From: Takakia lepidozioides
Taxonomy: Eukaryota > Plantae > Bryophyta
NCBI GenBank assembly: GCA_030704615.1
Contig: CM060731.1
Coordinates: 8,060,001-8,124,000, forward strand
DNA length: 64,000 bases
Reading direction: 5' to 3'
In this document: positions 1 to 12,215 of the stretch, piece by piece
How the letters are laid out: each line of letters starts with the position of its first letter
Position numbering within the stretch: the stretch's first letter is position 1
Translations under genes and position numbers: made by a program
The notes under the pieces: model-generated
The model's input: the letters and a program-made list of their open reading frames with translations, nothing else
The model's database searches: none
What the model was told of the DNA's origin: nothing

Positions 1-115
1 GAATGCTCAAAGGGTTCCTCCATCAATGGCCAAAGTCAAGCCAATTTATCAACAACTTCAGGTGTAGCCCAAGCCTGCCTTCAGTCACATAGTTGAATTT
101 GTTTGTTATACGCAG

Positions 116-828
116 TTGAATCCAAAGAAGATACGAAAAGGTGTGACGCTCAAGGCTGATCAGGACTGGGTTCAATGTGACAAGTGTCTTAAGTGGCGCA
201 CCTTGCCAGAGGGCATGGTTGCCAATAACTTGCCTGCAGAATGGTGAGTTGAAGCAAGGACATACCACATGTTTTTGATATTACCTGTACAATATCATTG
301 CAAACTGCTTCTCTGTCATTCCCTGGACATTCTTACAGTCGGTGCCCAAAAAATGAATGGACTGTTGTTGAAAGGAAAAAGGTTTCATGGCAGACTCATC
401 AAATAGGTCCAATGAAGTTTGTTATCGTTGTAGCCATGGAATCTAGTTTCCTTTGTGGCATTCTGATCTTTCAATTTGTCTCTCGCCACAGGTTCTGTTA
501 CATGCATCCCTCTACTACGATGAAGTGCAGTGTGTCTCAGGAAAAGCCTGATTGTGACGTTGTCACAGTTGCTGTGCAAAGGTCTGGAAATACAGTAGCT
601 CAGCAGCTGGTTGACAGCTTGGATCAGGATGTTGCAGCCAATATAGGCGACACCATGTCAAAGGGTGGGGTATCTCTGTTAATGGACGGAACCAAGAAAG
701 TTCTGGTGATTGGAGATGAGGAAGAGGAGGTTGATGTGAGAGTTCCCTACAGGATAAGAGCAGAAAGAAAGAGGCCTAGTTCTTCTGGACATCTTGGAGG
801 TCGGGGGAGTTGGGAACGAGAGAGATAG
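116..828 (+). CDS. 3' exons of a MORC-family CW-type zinc finger protein (gene begins upstream of or at the window edge)
   Basis: Exon 116-243 (cag|TTG...GAA TG|gtgag) spliced to exon 492-828 (cag|G TTC TGT) gives ...ADQDWVQCDKCLKWRTLPEGMVANNLPAEWFCYMHPSTTMKCSVSQEKPDCDVVTVAVQRSG..., a zf-CW motif (WVQCDxCxKWR...WxC...C). The following VVTVxxxRSG resembles plant MORC-CW proteins as I recall them. Stop TAG at 826-828. Confidence 0.75.
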
Positions 829-1083
829 GATTGCATGCTGATTATGGATTCTTTGATTTCTGGGAGTAAGGACCATGTCAAAGGGTGGGGTATCTTTGTT
901 AATGGACGGAACCAAGAATGTTCTGGTGATTGGAGATGAGGAAGAGGAGGTTGATGTGAGAGTCCCCTACAGGATAAAGGCAGAAAGAAAGAGGCCTAGT
1001 TCTTCTGGACATCTTGAAAGTCGGGGGAGTTGGGAACGAGAGAGACAGGATTGCATGCTTATTATGGAGTCTTTGATTTCTGG
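652..1083 (+). repeat. Tandem duplication, 220-bp unit, overlapping the zf-CW gene stop codon
   Basis: ACCATGTCAAAGGGTGGGGTATCT... starts at 652 and again at 872. The copies are near-identical; copy 1 has GAGAGATAG and copy 2 has GAGAGACAG. Confidence 0.95.
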
Positions 1084-2211
1084 AGGAAGGAGGAGGGGTG
1101 ATAAGGACAATTTTCCTGCCAGTAGTGCGAGTCAGCAGTGGGGAAGTTAGTTGATAAGGGGGGAGGCTGAGGCTTTATAGACCATGTCAGTAAGAATGAA
1201 GCAGTGACAAAAGCAGGGACGCATAAGCAGAGGCAGCCACAACATGGTGCGAAGACCCAGCAAGAAGTGCTCAGAGAATCGAGCGACCAACCTTGTCAGA
1301 GCAGAGAACAAAGTCAAGATCACTGGTTCAGATAAGGAATGGCTATAAGAAGATTGGAAAGAGAAGCCTAAGTCCAGAGCTGACTGTTTTGAGCTCTCAC
1401 AAGCATGCAGATCCTTCTACCGAGCAATGAGGAGAATGAAGGGTTGCAACTTTGATCTCAAGGTTGACAGCACTTGTTCCCTTCCTTGACAGCCTCTGTT
1501 GAGACAGCCTGTGTATAGTACAATGTTGGTAGACAGTTTGCAGATATTCACCAAAGAAAGCGGAAAAGGGAATGAGGTCTCTGAGCTAAATTTTCCTCCT
1601 ATAGTTTTCATTTGTATGCATGATGTAGAAGGTTGACATTCAATGGAATTGGAGTTCTCAAGCCCAATATGAAACATGTGCGATGGGCGGATGACTAATG
1701 TCTCTTTAAGCATGCATGTTTCTTGCATATTTGTGAGGAATTTGTATTTGAAGCAGAAGTCTGCTATTTGAGTCAAATTTTGAGGTTTTGAATCATCATC
1801 AAAGTAGAACTTTGGATTTCCCACGTTTGCAGTTCAATGCTGCAAAAAGTCTGAAGATTTGCAAAGGGAGATAAAGGAAGCCTAGAAGCTTGAATCTGAG
1901 GTTGCTTTGTGGAAGCTTAAACCCCCATCATCATCAAACCTGAATTAGATTGAGGGTCGCACATGTGCATGCTAGTATCCCAGAATTTGGAAGTTGGTTG
2001 GACTTGACAATCCATCATCAAGTTAAAAGGACCGTGCTTTGCAACATTACTAGGCCGGCCGCGGCATACCTCCCTTATACAGGCTGGGACAACCTTTCAT
2101 GATATAAGGTTCAGGGTCAATTCACCAAACTGATGCGTAGTCCCTACGTCCCTACCCTTAGAGAAAGGGCAGGGCCAACAAATCATAATCTTAGAATCTA
2201 GCGGAAAACCA

Positions 2212-2241
2212 AAACCCTAACCTAGCCTAACCTAACCTAAC
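2212..2241 (+). promoter_or_regulatory. Telo-box (AAACCCTAA) plus degenerate CCTAA repeats near the ZNF593/BUD20 transcription start
   Basis: AAACCCTAA at 2212-2220 followed by cctagcctaacctaacctaac. Telo-boxes are typical of plant ribosome-biogenesis and translation gene promoters, which fits the downstream gene. Confidence 0.55.
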
Positions 2242-2468
2242 TCTGAGGTAGCTGTGTGTCCTCTCTGTCTCCTTGAGTACATTCTCTCTCCTTGAGCTCT
2301 GCTTACTGGTGTCGGCATCCTCTTTCCAGAATTCATACGCTTGGTTTGGCTTGTGGGTTGTTGGGCTTACTTGGTTTGTTGTAAAATTCATCCGTGGTGG
2401 GCGCGAAGGGGAGGAATTGAGGAGCCGTTCTGAGCGGAGCTGGAGACGGCGATACTAAGGTTGCCGCG

Positions 2469-4406
2469 ATGGGTCGGTGTCCGAATCACAAGAACAGCCA
2501 CGGGAAGCACTACTCCCATAAGACTGCTCGTCGTTCGAAGTTTCTTGTCAAAGATATCCTTTTAATCCCCTTCCTTCCCCTGCTTAGCCCCGCCCCGTCC
2601 TCTGATCCTCTGTTTGATTTTTTTGACCTCGGAGGACAGTAGCTGCGCTGGCATAAACAATGTGGTTTCTAACATGAAAGTGGATACCGAGCCCGTACAC
2701 TAACACTTGAATCCTTAAACTTGTCTGAATTTCAGTATCTGGCTTAAATTAAACCCACGACAGTTCTGCAAGGGGTCATCTCGCAGGGGACTATGCGCTA
2801 AAGGATATTTCATTTCCCTCGTTGGCATCTCTCCCTCTCTCTCTCTGCAGTGGTGATGGTTAATTTTGTCCCTTTTAGCTTGGAGTAGTGGTTCATGTGT
2901 TAGGATCCGGGGGTCTGCATTAGTTTTTGTATATGTTTCGAGCGAGAGGACTCCAATCCTAATGTTAAATCTCTGAGTCCACGCACTCTAGATTCACGTC
3001 TACCTGAATATTTTGTTAGAGCCCGCTTCAAGCTTATGTGGTTAGTTTTTGTTAGCTTTCACTCAATGACCCTTTCATCAACCATCAATATCCAGTTCAA
3101 GCATCTGCAGGCCTTGTAGAACTCCTGGCGTAAACACAGGTGCACCATGAATGGGGGATGAATTTGTCAAACCTGAACTTTTAAATCAACTTTGTGTCCC
3201 TGTTCTACTTAGGTGCAGGGAAATCTGAATCCTGGAGTAGTATGGAGGGAAAAGAAAAGAGCACTGTAGACATGATACATCATCTCTGCATCCACATGAT
3301 TGCAGCCTTCTACCTTTTTTATGGTCGATAATGGGGAAGGACACAGTGACCTTGACAGATGTTGGATCACGGGACGACTTGATCCATGCAGAGCTTAAGA
3401 AAGAGGAACCCAAGAATCAAGCCCCTGATCCAGACCTTCCAGGCATGGGCCAATTTTACTGTCTACATTGCGAGTAAGTTGTATTTTCACCCTACAAGTT
3501 GTAATGATTGAGTGAAGGAGATTCGTGTTTGCAAAAAATTTGGGATTAAAATCATTAATGTCCAAATGTAATGGAGTTGGAAGTTGTGACAAAGAGGGTG
3601 ACAAAGTTGTCCTGTAGTGACAGCCTTGACTGCATCTGCAGTTGCTATGTGTGTGGCCAGTCCCTCTCAAGAACATTGAGATTAACTTTTATTGTGCTAG
3701 ACAGCACTGGAGGGAACTTGCTCTTGCACAAAGTAGAGTTGTTAACAAGGGATGGAGTGGCTGTGCAGTCGGTATTTTAGCAATGCGGCTATTCGAAATG
3801 ATCACTACAAGACAAAAAAGCACAAGAAAAGGTATGTCACTCTTCTCTTCCCTCTGCTCCCTTCCCTTTTCCTTCTCTCTGTCTTCTCACACTTTCTTGC
3901 CAACTTTGCTGTTTATTGCTTTCTGCTTTTTTGTTGTTTCTTCTTGTAATTTTCAATTATTTCAACTGTGATTGGTGTAAATAGCTGCTGGAGCATCGGA
4001 CACTCCTTTTCTGGTTTGGCAGATTACTTCTCACATGCTGTCAAGCCCGCATACCATGGATGGATGTTTGTCTTTCATGAGCTGTATTTGTTGTGGTTGT
4101 CACCCTAGGCCTGAGCATCTGGACACAGTTATTGCGTTCTTCCAGTGTTGGGACCGAAACAGGGAGTCAAAACAATGTTAAAGAGAAGGAAAATGCAAGG
4201 AGCTTGCCTGTAGTGTGCCATTTTGAAGCCTGGTATATATTGCAGTAGCCGGGGGTTCATGGATGGTTGGTGTTGTGGATGACAGGGTAAAAATGATGGA
4301 CGGTGCGGCCCCACATACACAGACCGATGCAGACATGGCAGCAGGCATGGGCTCACCTGATAATGGCATTCAGTTACGAGGGGGGGGCATTGCAATGGCA
4401 ATTTGA
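2469..4406 (+). CDS. ZNF593: Zinc finger protein 593 / BUD20-like 60S ribosome biogenesis factor (123 aa, 4 exons)
   Basis: Exons 2469-2553, 3371-3473, 3769-3831 and 4286-4406 splice in frame to MGRCPNHKNSHGKHYSHKTARRSKFLVKGDDLIHAELKKEEPKNQAPDPDLPGMGQFYCLHCDRYFSNAAIRNDHYKTKKHKKRVKMMDGAAPHTQTDADMAAGMGSPDNG...*. The DLPGMGQFYCLHCDRYF...H....KHKKR zinc finger and PHTQ.DA..AAGMG are family motifs. Introns 2 and 3 are GT-AG; intron 1 is AT-AC. Confidence 0.95.
2554..3370 (+). other. U12-type (minor spliceosome) AT-AC intron
   Basis: 5' site |ATATCCTTT at 2554, branch-point-like GACCTTGAC at 3348-3356, and 3' site ...TCAC| at 3370. Removal restores the K-G-D-D frame. Confidence 0.92.
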
Positions 4407-6583
4407 ACCCATCCAGGACCATAGTGTTGAGATTAAGGAATAGGGATGACACTGAATAGGGAGAGTTCTTTTCTATTCGGAAGATGGTGGCAGGAATGTT
4501 CAGCTTCAATGTATCATGTTTAAGTGTCCAGGAGGACCACTTTTGTATGTTCAAATCTTTGTTGAAATGATTATATATGTATACAATACCACAATCACTC
4601 GGATTTCAAACTCGTCTGACAATTCATTATGGTGAGCAAGAACTCTTGCAATCAATATTCTGGGTGGTGGTTTCGATTAACATCTGGCGAATGTGGTTGG
4701 CACAGTGGCACTACTGTCATTGTTACTGGAATAACTCTTTTTTGGCTGAGTCATTTCAAGTTGGGGTAGAGAGATGGCATTGGTTTCTGTTTGAGCACCT
4801 GCCTAGTCTCACCGGAAGTATGTGAAGGAGGTGCTGAAGCATTAGGCGTTTGCAGGTACCTCCGCACCTACCATGAAGAACTCAGAAAATGTGATGATCA
4901 TCCTACTTGTTCACAAACCACATAAATTTCCAGTAAATCTTGTTTCTGATAAGGCACATTAGTGGGCACAATTGTGAGCCCAGTTTACAGATGTAGATCT
5001 CCAGGAAGGCAGAGAATTCTCCAGTTTTCTGAGAGCTTGGGGACGGGTCTCTTCGAGAGCAAGGGTCAGGCTCCAGTTATTAAATCTACTTGAATGGGTC
5101 TCCTGGAGCTAGCTTCATTGAAGGCAAAATAGGTGCTACCAGACCGGACAGTTCTGTGCGGAAATAAATGGCAGTTACCATTTCTATAGAATTATCTGCT
5201 CACAGGCTTGAGTTACTTGAATTTGTTCATGCTTATAGAACAATGGTACAGGAGGAATACACAACACTGCACCTTAACAGTAGCTCCTTTCAGGACACTT
5301 CCGCGCTTATTGAAAAGCTTCCCTGACTAGACATTCATAAGTTACAAATTACCAGACATAGCAAGAAAGATAAGAGTGAGCAAGTTCATAATTAGAAGAC
5401 TACATGTAGAGCTTTGGGAAAAAAAACGAAGTGCCCAACATGACAAAGGGGAACAACAGGACCTCTCTGCAAGGCCCCCTGCACAATACAATTCCTTAGA
5501 ACCAAGCCAAAATTGCAAGCTAAATATAGCCTTCTGGTCCTAAAATGTGAAGAGGAGTTCTGCAGAACTAATGAATTGTATCTTTGTTGTGAAGAGCTCC
5601 AGGCTCGGCCCCCAGTCTTGGTAAAGGGCTCTAAAACAGCCTGACACATGAATGTCAAAACACTTTGTTGACAACAGCCTTGGGACAGACCGCAGTGAAA
5701 AGAAGTGGGCACATTCAAACAAACCAACACACCAGGCCTGTCCTCACAAAGTCCCTGGACATCTACTAGAAACCCTGATGACAAAGACTGTCAAGCACAA
5801 ATAATGAATCTGCAAAAACATGCGACTAGAACAGCAAAGTTGACATCTTTACTTTGATATAACAGCAATCTGGAGCATTTTCACAGTTTCTGGTATAGTA
5901 GTGGTCAAAATTTCTTAGCCTCACTATCGGAGTGAACCAACCATGCCTGCCACCCCAAATGCCCACAAAAAAACGGTAGCAATTCTGAGTTCAGCTCCTC
6001 TACAAGGAACAGATGGCAACAGTTCAGGGCATACAGATTGTATGAAAGCGAAAGCAGACGGATCATCAGATATATATGGAAACTGCAGCTGCAGACCATC
6101 AAAGTGGAGATTTGGAAGGTGCGGCAAGGCCTCAGGACAGTGAGGGCAGGTGTCAATGAAGGCTGTCCATGTGCTATGCTATGAAGTCCAGCTTCGCAAT
6201 CATGCCACTCGGAGCTCCTTTCTTCAGGAGGCCAGTGGCTTAGCATAGAAGATAACAAAGAATGCCAACATCCTCCAACAACACAGTATCTTAATCCAAG
6301 ATCAAAACCGCAATCTTGACATAGCACTGAAATCCATCTCAACGGAGTGCTGGAAAACATTGAGACGGTCCCCTCACTCAAAATGAAGGTGGGTCAGGGT
6401 AAGAACTGCATCTTAACTGATCCAAGTTTTTATCGAATCCCACCAGATTGTCGCAATGAGAGGAGAAAAAAGGTCAAGGTCTCATATACCACATCCCACT
6501 CCCTCAAACCACATCCCACTCAAAACAAAGCTCTTGAGGAGGGCAGAGAAAGTTGCAAGGATCTACCCCTCAACCTTCAGATC

Positions 6584-8905
6584 TTAACCAGTGCCCCCGT
6601 GCGGCTGGGGGGAGCCAAGTGGGGTATTCTCATTGGATGCTCGTTGCTCCTGTAGGAAAGGGTGGCCTGCTGACAGCATCATGAGGGAAGGCATGGGAGC
6701 CCGCTGCCCAAACCTGCCCTGCGTCTGCTGAGAAGCATTGAAGAAAAGAGAGTTAATATGGTTGATTGATGCCCGTCCAGCAAAGTCCCGGGTGTCCAGA
6801 GCAGGCCTTCCTCCAAAATCACCCCTGCCAACGAAGTCCCTAGGGTCGAGCGTCCCCCTTCCACCACCAAAATCTCTTGCATCTAGAGTGTCAGCACTGA
6901 AGTAGGCAGCAGCTCCTGGGTCATCTTTTACCCCTGACGAATCCCTGTCTCTACCATCAGAGGCAGCCTGACCACATGGCAGGAACCCACCAGAAAGCCC
7001 ACCCACAAAAGGGTTCCCAGTTAGGCGGACGCTTGGTGCCCCTTCACTGGAGGCTGGGGAAGCAAAGGGTGAATTTGATATGCATCCAGAGCTGGGGTGC
7101 ATGAGGGTCATAGATGAGCTGTTAGAGTGTTGCCCTGCTCCCATGTGTCGGGGAGATGCAGTGGTAGAACAGTTACCATCCCGTAGATCACCACCATCTG
7201 TCATGATGCCAGCCAAAGTGCAGTTGAATCCTGTCTGTAGGTTCCCACCAGTCGGCAGTATTGTGAGCCTACTACCAGAAGGACCTTGCTGGCGCAGGGA
7301 ATGCTGATGGCTGCTGGATGGCTGTGGAAGGCCCTGCCACACATCACGGTCAACCTGTGTTATGTCAGTATACAACTTCAGACATAGCCTCCAATGCTAT
7401 ATCATCACCCCATAATAAGGATGATGTTGATCAGACTTCCCATAACCTTTGACTCTCGAAGCTTAAAAGTTCAATGTAAAGTAGAAGACAAAACATATTT
7501 CTAGATACTTGGTCACTGTATAAAAAAGTCAGGCCCCCTGGCCCCAGACTTCGAGGAAAATAAGAACCAACAGTCAATACGCACATTTCAGAAACCAACT
7601 TATTCACAACCCTACTTGGCAGATGTAACCAACGTTTACATGTGATCAGACTTGGCCAACGTATTCACCCCACACACATACGACTTGATGTCTAGTGAGA
7701 CTTTCAGGCATTGTTGTTAATGTGATCTCTACTGGCAAAAGGTGAACAACAGTTGGACACATCGCCAATGATATCTTTTGAACAAACAGATACTGTCCTA
7801 ACTTCCGTTTTCCAGGTTACTAGTTTCCTTGGCTCATCTTTCAACCATAAAACGCCCATCATCCCTAGAGAATACAGTCAGGACAGAAGCCCAGTTTTCT
7901 TCCGAGGGATCCGAAAAGGGAGATATAGAGTAATACACCTCGCAAAACCCCATTTTCAAACAAGGCATCTGAGCGGGACAGCTTCCTGGCACAACTACGT
8001 TTGCCACACCATTTCAGATGGCAAGAACCAAGAGTTTTAATTATCATACCGGTGGCATTCCAGCGAATGTTCAATAACCGTAAGACACGATCTTTCAGAC
8101 TGGTGACAGGGATCAACGTCAGTCCTCTTCAGGGTAAGACACTCGAAAGATGATAAGGCTCCAGCACAGAAGCACTGCACGATACTAATAAGGAACAAGA
8201 AGGGAATTGAGTTAGACTCCCGCTCTCATGGCGCTACCTATGGCCAATCACTCTCCATCCTTTCAAGTGTAATACAGGATTCGGGAACCCAGAGGAACTT
8301 CAACCCCACAGCATACTCTCTTACGTTCCTTTGACAGAAACGAAGATGGACACAAGCGCTTGTTAAGCTGAAAGAAACGTGACGTTACAGAAGCTGGTGA
8401 CTTGATTCTCAGAAGTTTGACACTGCGACGCGGTTTCTAGCTGCTTCCCAGACACCGAAGGATAAAGCGAACATCTACGTTTCCCAAATCTGACCTCTCT
8501 GTTTCAGCATTGTCCCCCATTCCCTTTAGCATTGTCAATCCTCCTCCCTTATTTCTGCTTCTCCAGATCTTCCGCACTCACTCTCTCCCATTGTGCACCA
8601 TTCCCATCTACCCGTCCTTCCCTCTCACCCACAACAGGAAGCCCGAGTCTCACCTGCGAGCGATAGGTGTTCCCATCAGCTTCCACAGTCCAGCCCGCCT
8701 CAGCCGCCAGCGCCTTCAGCACATCATTGATATCAGCACGGGGAGGAAGGTTATAGCCCCCATACTTACGAAGCCCAGCAAAGATTTTGGTGGTTATGGC
8801 TCGTCGCTGCCTCTCTCTCAGCTTCGTCTTCTCCTTCTCGCTCGCACTCAGCTTTGCCATGCTGCTGGTCTCCGAGTCCTCCTCCCGAGGCCCCTCTTCC
8901 TGCAT
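6584..8905 (-). CDS. BZR/BES1-family transcription factor, probably non-canonical (type-B-like); about 340 aa, 2 coding exons
   Basis: Exon 8905-8654 encodes the BES1_N domain ([65 protein letters not shown]|gtgag). Exon 7354-6584 (cag|GTT) is in phase 0 and ends ...[22 protein letters not shown]. No beta-amylase domain and no C-terminal LELTL EAR motif. The start could be the second Met (MAKLS). Confidence 0.88.
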
Positions 8906-9382
8906 CAGTCACCCCTTCCTGGCATGCAATAGCAGCTTCTCCCCCATCAGTACACGGTAGCTTCTCCCCCACCTACCCAAATGCTGCAGTCGGAACAACG
9001 GGAATGCAGCTTGCTTGCCAAGTTACCCCAGTTCCCCTTGTATGTTCCCTTGGTTTTACAAGACAGCAGGGAGAGAGACACACACCCACACTCCCTCTTC
9101 TTCCCACAAACCAACCACCACCCCAAAGAGTAGCTCTGCAGAGACGACAGGGCTGCAAGAGAGGCAGAGAAGGCAACTAGCCAACTAGTCCCAGGCCTCC
9201 CTAGTGAGTTCAGAGCGACATGGCCCACAAGCGCACGTCGTCGCCTCCCCACCCCCCTAGCACCGACTCCATCCCCCTCTCTACTACCACAACCCACTGG
9301 AGGCACCAGCACTCCCTGCTCTCAAACCCTCCAAGCCCAGGCCTTGGGTTCCAATCCCCCTGACCTTGTTCTTTTTTCTTTC

Positions 9383-10149
9383 AAAGAAAAGAGGGACAGA
9401 GGCCTCAAAAGCTTTATATTTATTAAGAATTTATTATTTAATAATAATTATTTATTAATTAAATTAAAAATAAAATATAACCTTGTTCTCTCTTGTCTCT
9501 TTTTTTTTTTTTTTTTTTGGGGGTTGGGTTTGTGGGGGAAAGGTGCAAGAGGAAGCCCTACAAAAGACTTTATTTAGGAAAGATTATTGGACTCATATTT
9601 CCCCTTCCATTGTCGCAAATGCGATTTTGTTGTCAGCCCGACATACAGGAGTAGGCGAACCAAATCCGTTGTCGCAAATGCGATTTTGTTGTCAACCCAA
9701 CATACAGGAGTAGGCAACCAAATCCGTTGTCGCTAATGCCGTTGGGTTGTCCAACTGACCTCACCCCCTATCTAGAAATATATGAGTGGGTGCACCACAT
9801 CCATTGTCGCAAGCGCCATTGTGATATATTAGTGAGTTTACCACCACAAACAAAATATACGTAACCCGGGACGTGCTAAATCTCTCATATGTCCACTCTC
9901 ATCACGATGTCAAACCGAACAACTTAACCGTCCATCGTCGGAGGGTGTTGGATGACGCTTGGTCGATTTCAGTTGCATGCACCATAGAAGGTAATACAAG
10001 AACAAGAAGTGGTGATATTATATAAAGATAAAGAAGAAGAATAAGAACTGAAATACTATTATGCATTTACACTAGACAGCTGAGGTTATGGGGTGTTTAT
10101 CTCCCCCCTTATCTATAAAGTTTTTGAGGCCTCTGTCCCTCTTTTCTTT
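9383..10149. mobile_element. Segment bounded by a 36-bp inverted repeat (MITE-like)
   Basis: AAAGAAAAGAGGGACAGAGGCCTCAAAAGCTTTATA (9383-9418) is the reverse complement, with 1 mismatch, of 10114-10149. No clear TSD seen. Confidence 0.5.
9607..9751. repeat. Tandem repeat, about 59-bp unit, 2.5 copies
   Basis: TTGTCGCAAATGCGATTTTGTTGTCA...CATACAGGAGTAGGC.AACCAAATCC occurs twice, followed by a degenerate partial third copy. Confidence 0.85.
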
Positions 10150-11220
10150 TTTTTTAAAAAGAGAAAAAAAGAGGAAATGAAATGATATAATACATAGAGC
10201 AACAAGAAGAAGAAGAAGTTTCCCTTTTAAACACAATTATAAAACAATTTTAAGAAAGAAGAAGAAGAAGAAGAAGAGAGTAAAGAGGGGAGTAAAGAGA
10301 TCGCCCTGCCTCATCGTGCCTCGTTCCTTTGGATGAACGCCGTGCGTTGTGATCGCCAACCGAAACTCCATCCGCGGTAATAGATCATATTTCCACGGTA
10401 ATATGAAACGTTTCCACGGGAACAAGTACTACATCCACGGTAATAGGAACTACGGTAATGAGGGTATATAATGTATTTTAACTGCGGTAGTATTGCAGTA
10501 TTAATAGCCGTATTAATACTGGTCAACTGGATGCTTCTATCTCCGATGCATCGGACAGTAAATCAGGTTTTACCTCAACGCAAAAGGTTAAATACTGAAG
10601 CAAGTGGGCGGCAGTCCTTCACACGCGCCACCTTAACTCACCCTGGGTCAGGATCTGACCACCAGTCAACGACATCGCCGCCTGCCATTAAACTCGTCAA
10701 TGCTAAGTGAACAGATTAGGGCTGCAATTATTTATTTATTAGCATAATCACTTTGGTTAGGATGCTAATGCAATCTTTGCAATCAAGCGGTCATTAAACA
10801 CGTAGATCTAATGAGGTGTCATGGCATGCTTTCACTTGATCAGGATTACCTACTGATCTACTTGGCTTATCTTCAGCATCATTACTGATTATTCCTTGCC
10901 TCTTTTGGGATGCTTAACTTATTTACTTACCCACAATCATGGGTTGATAATTATAGTGATGAGATCCAGTGACTAGGTAGACTCAAACAAAGAGTTATTA
11001 GTACCACTGAGAGTGGAAATACTAATAATTCCAAATAAAATTTCATCCACGCCCTGTCCCCTGTTTTAAGAAAAATATATAGAAAAAGGAACGTGATTAG
11101 TAATACAAATAAGTTCCCCGCGGCTGGCTTCTTATGGCTTCTTATTCTTATAGCATGAGAATAAATATTACCCCAAATACCTCAAAAGTGAAAGTTGGCT
11201 TTATGGATATGCCAAGTTAA

Positions 11221-11284
11221 TATTTTTGTTATTTTTTTTTCTTAAACACCTGGGAGTGACAGCTCACAAATCAGGCCCCTTAAT
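11221..11284 (-). mobile_element. 5'-truncated 3' end of SINE family 1 (or of its partner LINE)
   Basis: CCTGGGAGTGACAGCTCACAAATCAGGCCC next to a T-rich tract matches the 3' end of the full element at 21257-21501. Confidence 0.65.
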
Positions 11285-11548
11285 TATTGGGAATATTTGA
11301 GAAATTCAAACCTTTGAAAGTCGTTGTTGGATTTGCCCAAGATATTTCAGATTCTTTGGTGATTTTGAAACAACTTTCAAAGAACCGCACCATGTGTTGG
11401 GATGAGCAATTTTTTGTGTTTTCTTCACGTCTTGAACTTTGCTTATGGTTCTATGACTCTAAAAATGTGGTCAGTGTTTTACGGTGTGTTAGATTGCTAA
11501 GAAAGAAAACATAAGATTCTTATTTAAGCGTAACTTATGGAGAAATTT

Positions 11549-12215
11549 TGTCGCGGCCCTTTGCCTTGAGGACAGGGGTCGGGACACCAGCTGTGGTTGG
11601 GGCAGTGGCAACAATAGATGCAGGGGCTAAAGGACGCGGAGGCGCTCACTAGGTGGAGACCCGCACACCGGGTTGCGATGGGGGTGGTTCCACGAGGGGT
11701 GGTGATAGCTTAGTGGGTCTTAGTGGGGGTGGCATAAGACTCACCATAGGGCGGAGACCTTGTGGTGGGAGTCGTGGGGAGTCGTGGGATCCAATGGGGC
11801 CGTGGTGGGTGGGCCAAGACTCATCACCGAGAATCGAGGGTCTTCTCAGTGGTTCGCCATAAAATGGCATGGTTGTTTGTGGAACCCTCGCGGACAGTCA
11901 CAGAAGTATATATAGGGAGTAGTAACTCCGAGAACGGTGCAAGCCCGTTGGTAACCAAAAGCTAGTGAGTGAGCGAACGGACGAGCCGGAAAGCGACCAA
12001 GGAGTGGGGAGCTATTCCGGACTGCCATCTACCAAAAGGAATTTCCACTAGGCCCAAATTGGTGGAGGGTTGTTGGAGGAGCAAAGGGACCGTTGTGTCC
12101 CGGCGAGCAGCCGAAGCTTCGAGTTGGTCCGGCGGCCAGGTGGGGAGTTAGGTGCGCGCATCAAAGCGAGTAACTATGACTTGAAGGGGAGCTTACCGAA
12201 GTGAGGTGCGCAACA
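11549..12215. mobile_element. Solo LTR (667 bp)
   Basis: Starts TGTCGCG and ends CGCAACA (TG...CA with an imperfect terminal IR). Flanked by a 5-bp direct repeat AATTT (11544-11548 and 12216-12220). Internal TATATA near 11907; GC-rich relative to the flanks. Confidence 0.88.

Noticed and set aside
8549-8905. BZR-BAM (BAM7/BAM8-like beta-amylase) call
   Set aside because: The in-phase downstream exon ends at a stop (6584) and no glycoside hydrolase family 14 motifs were found in 4800-6500.
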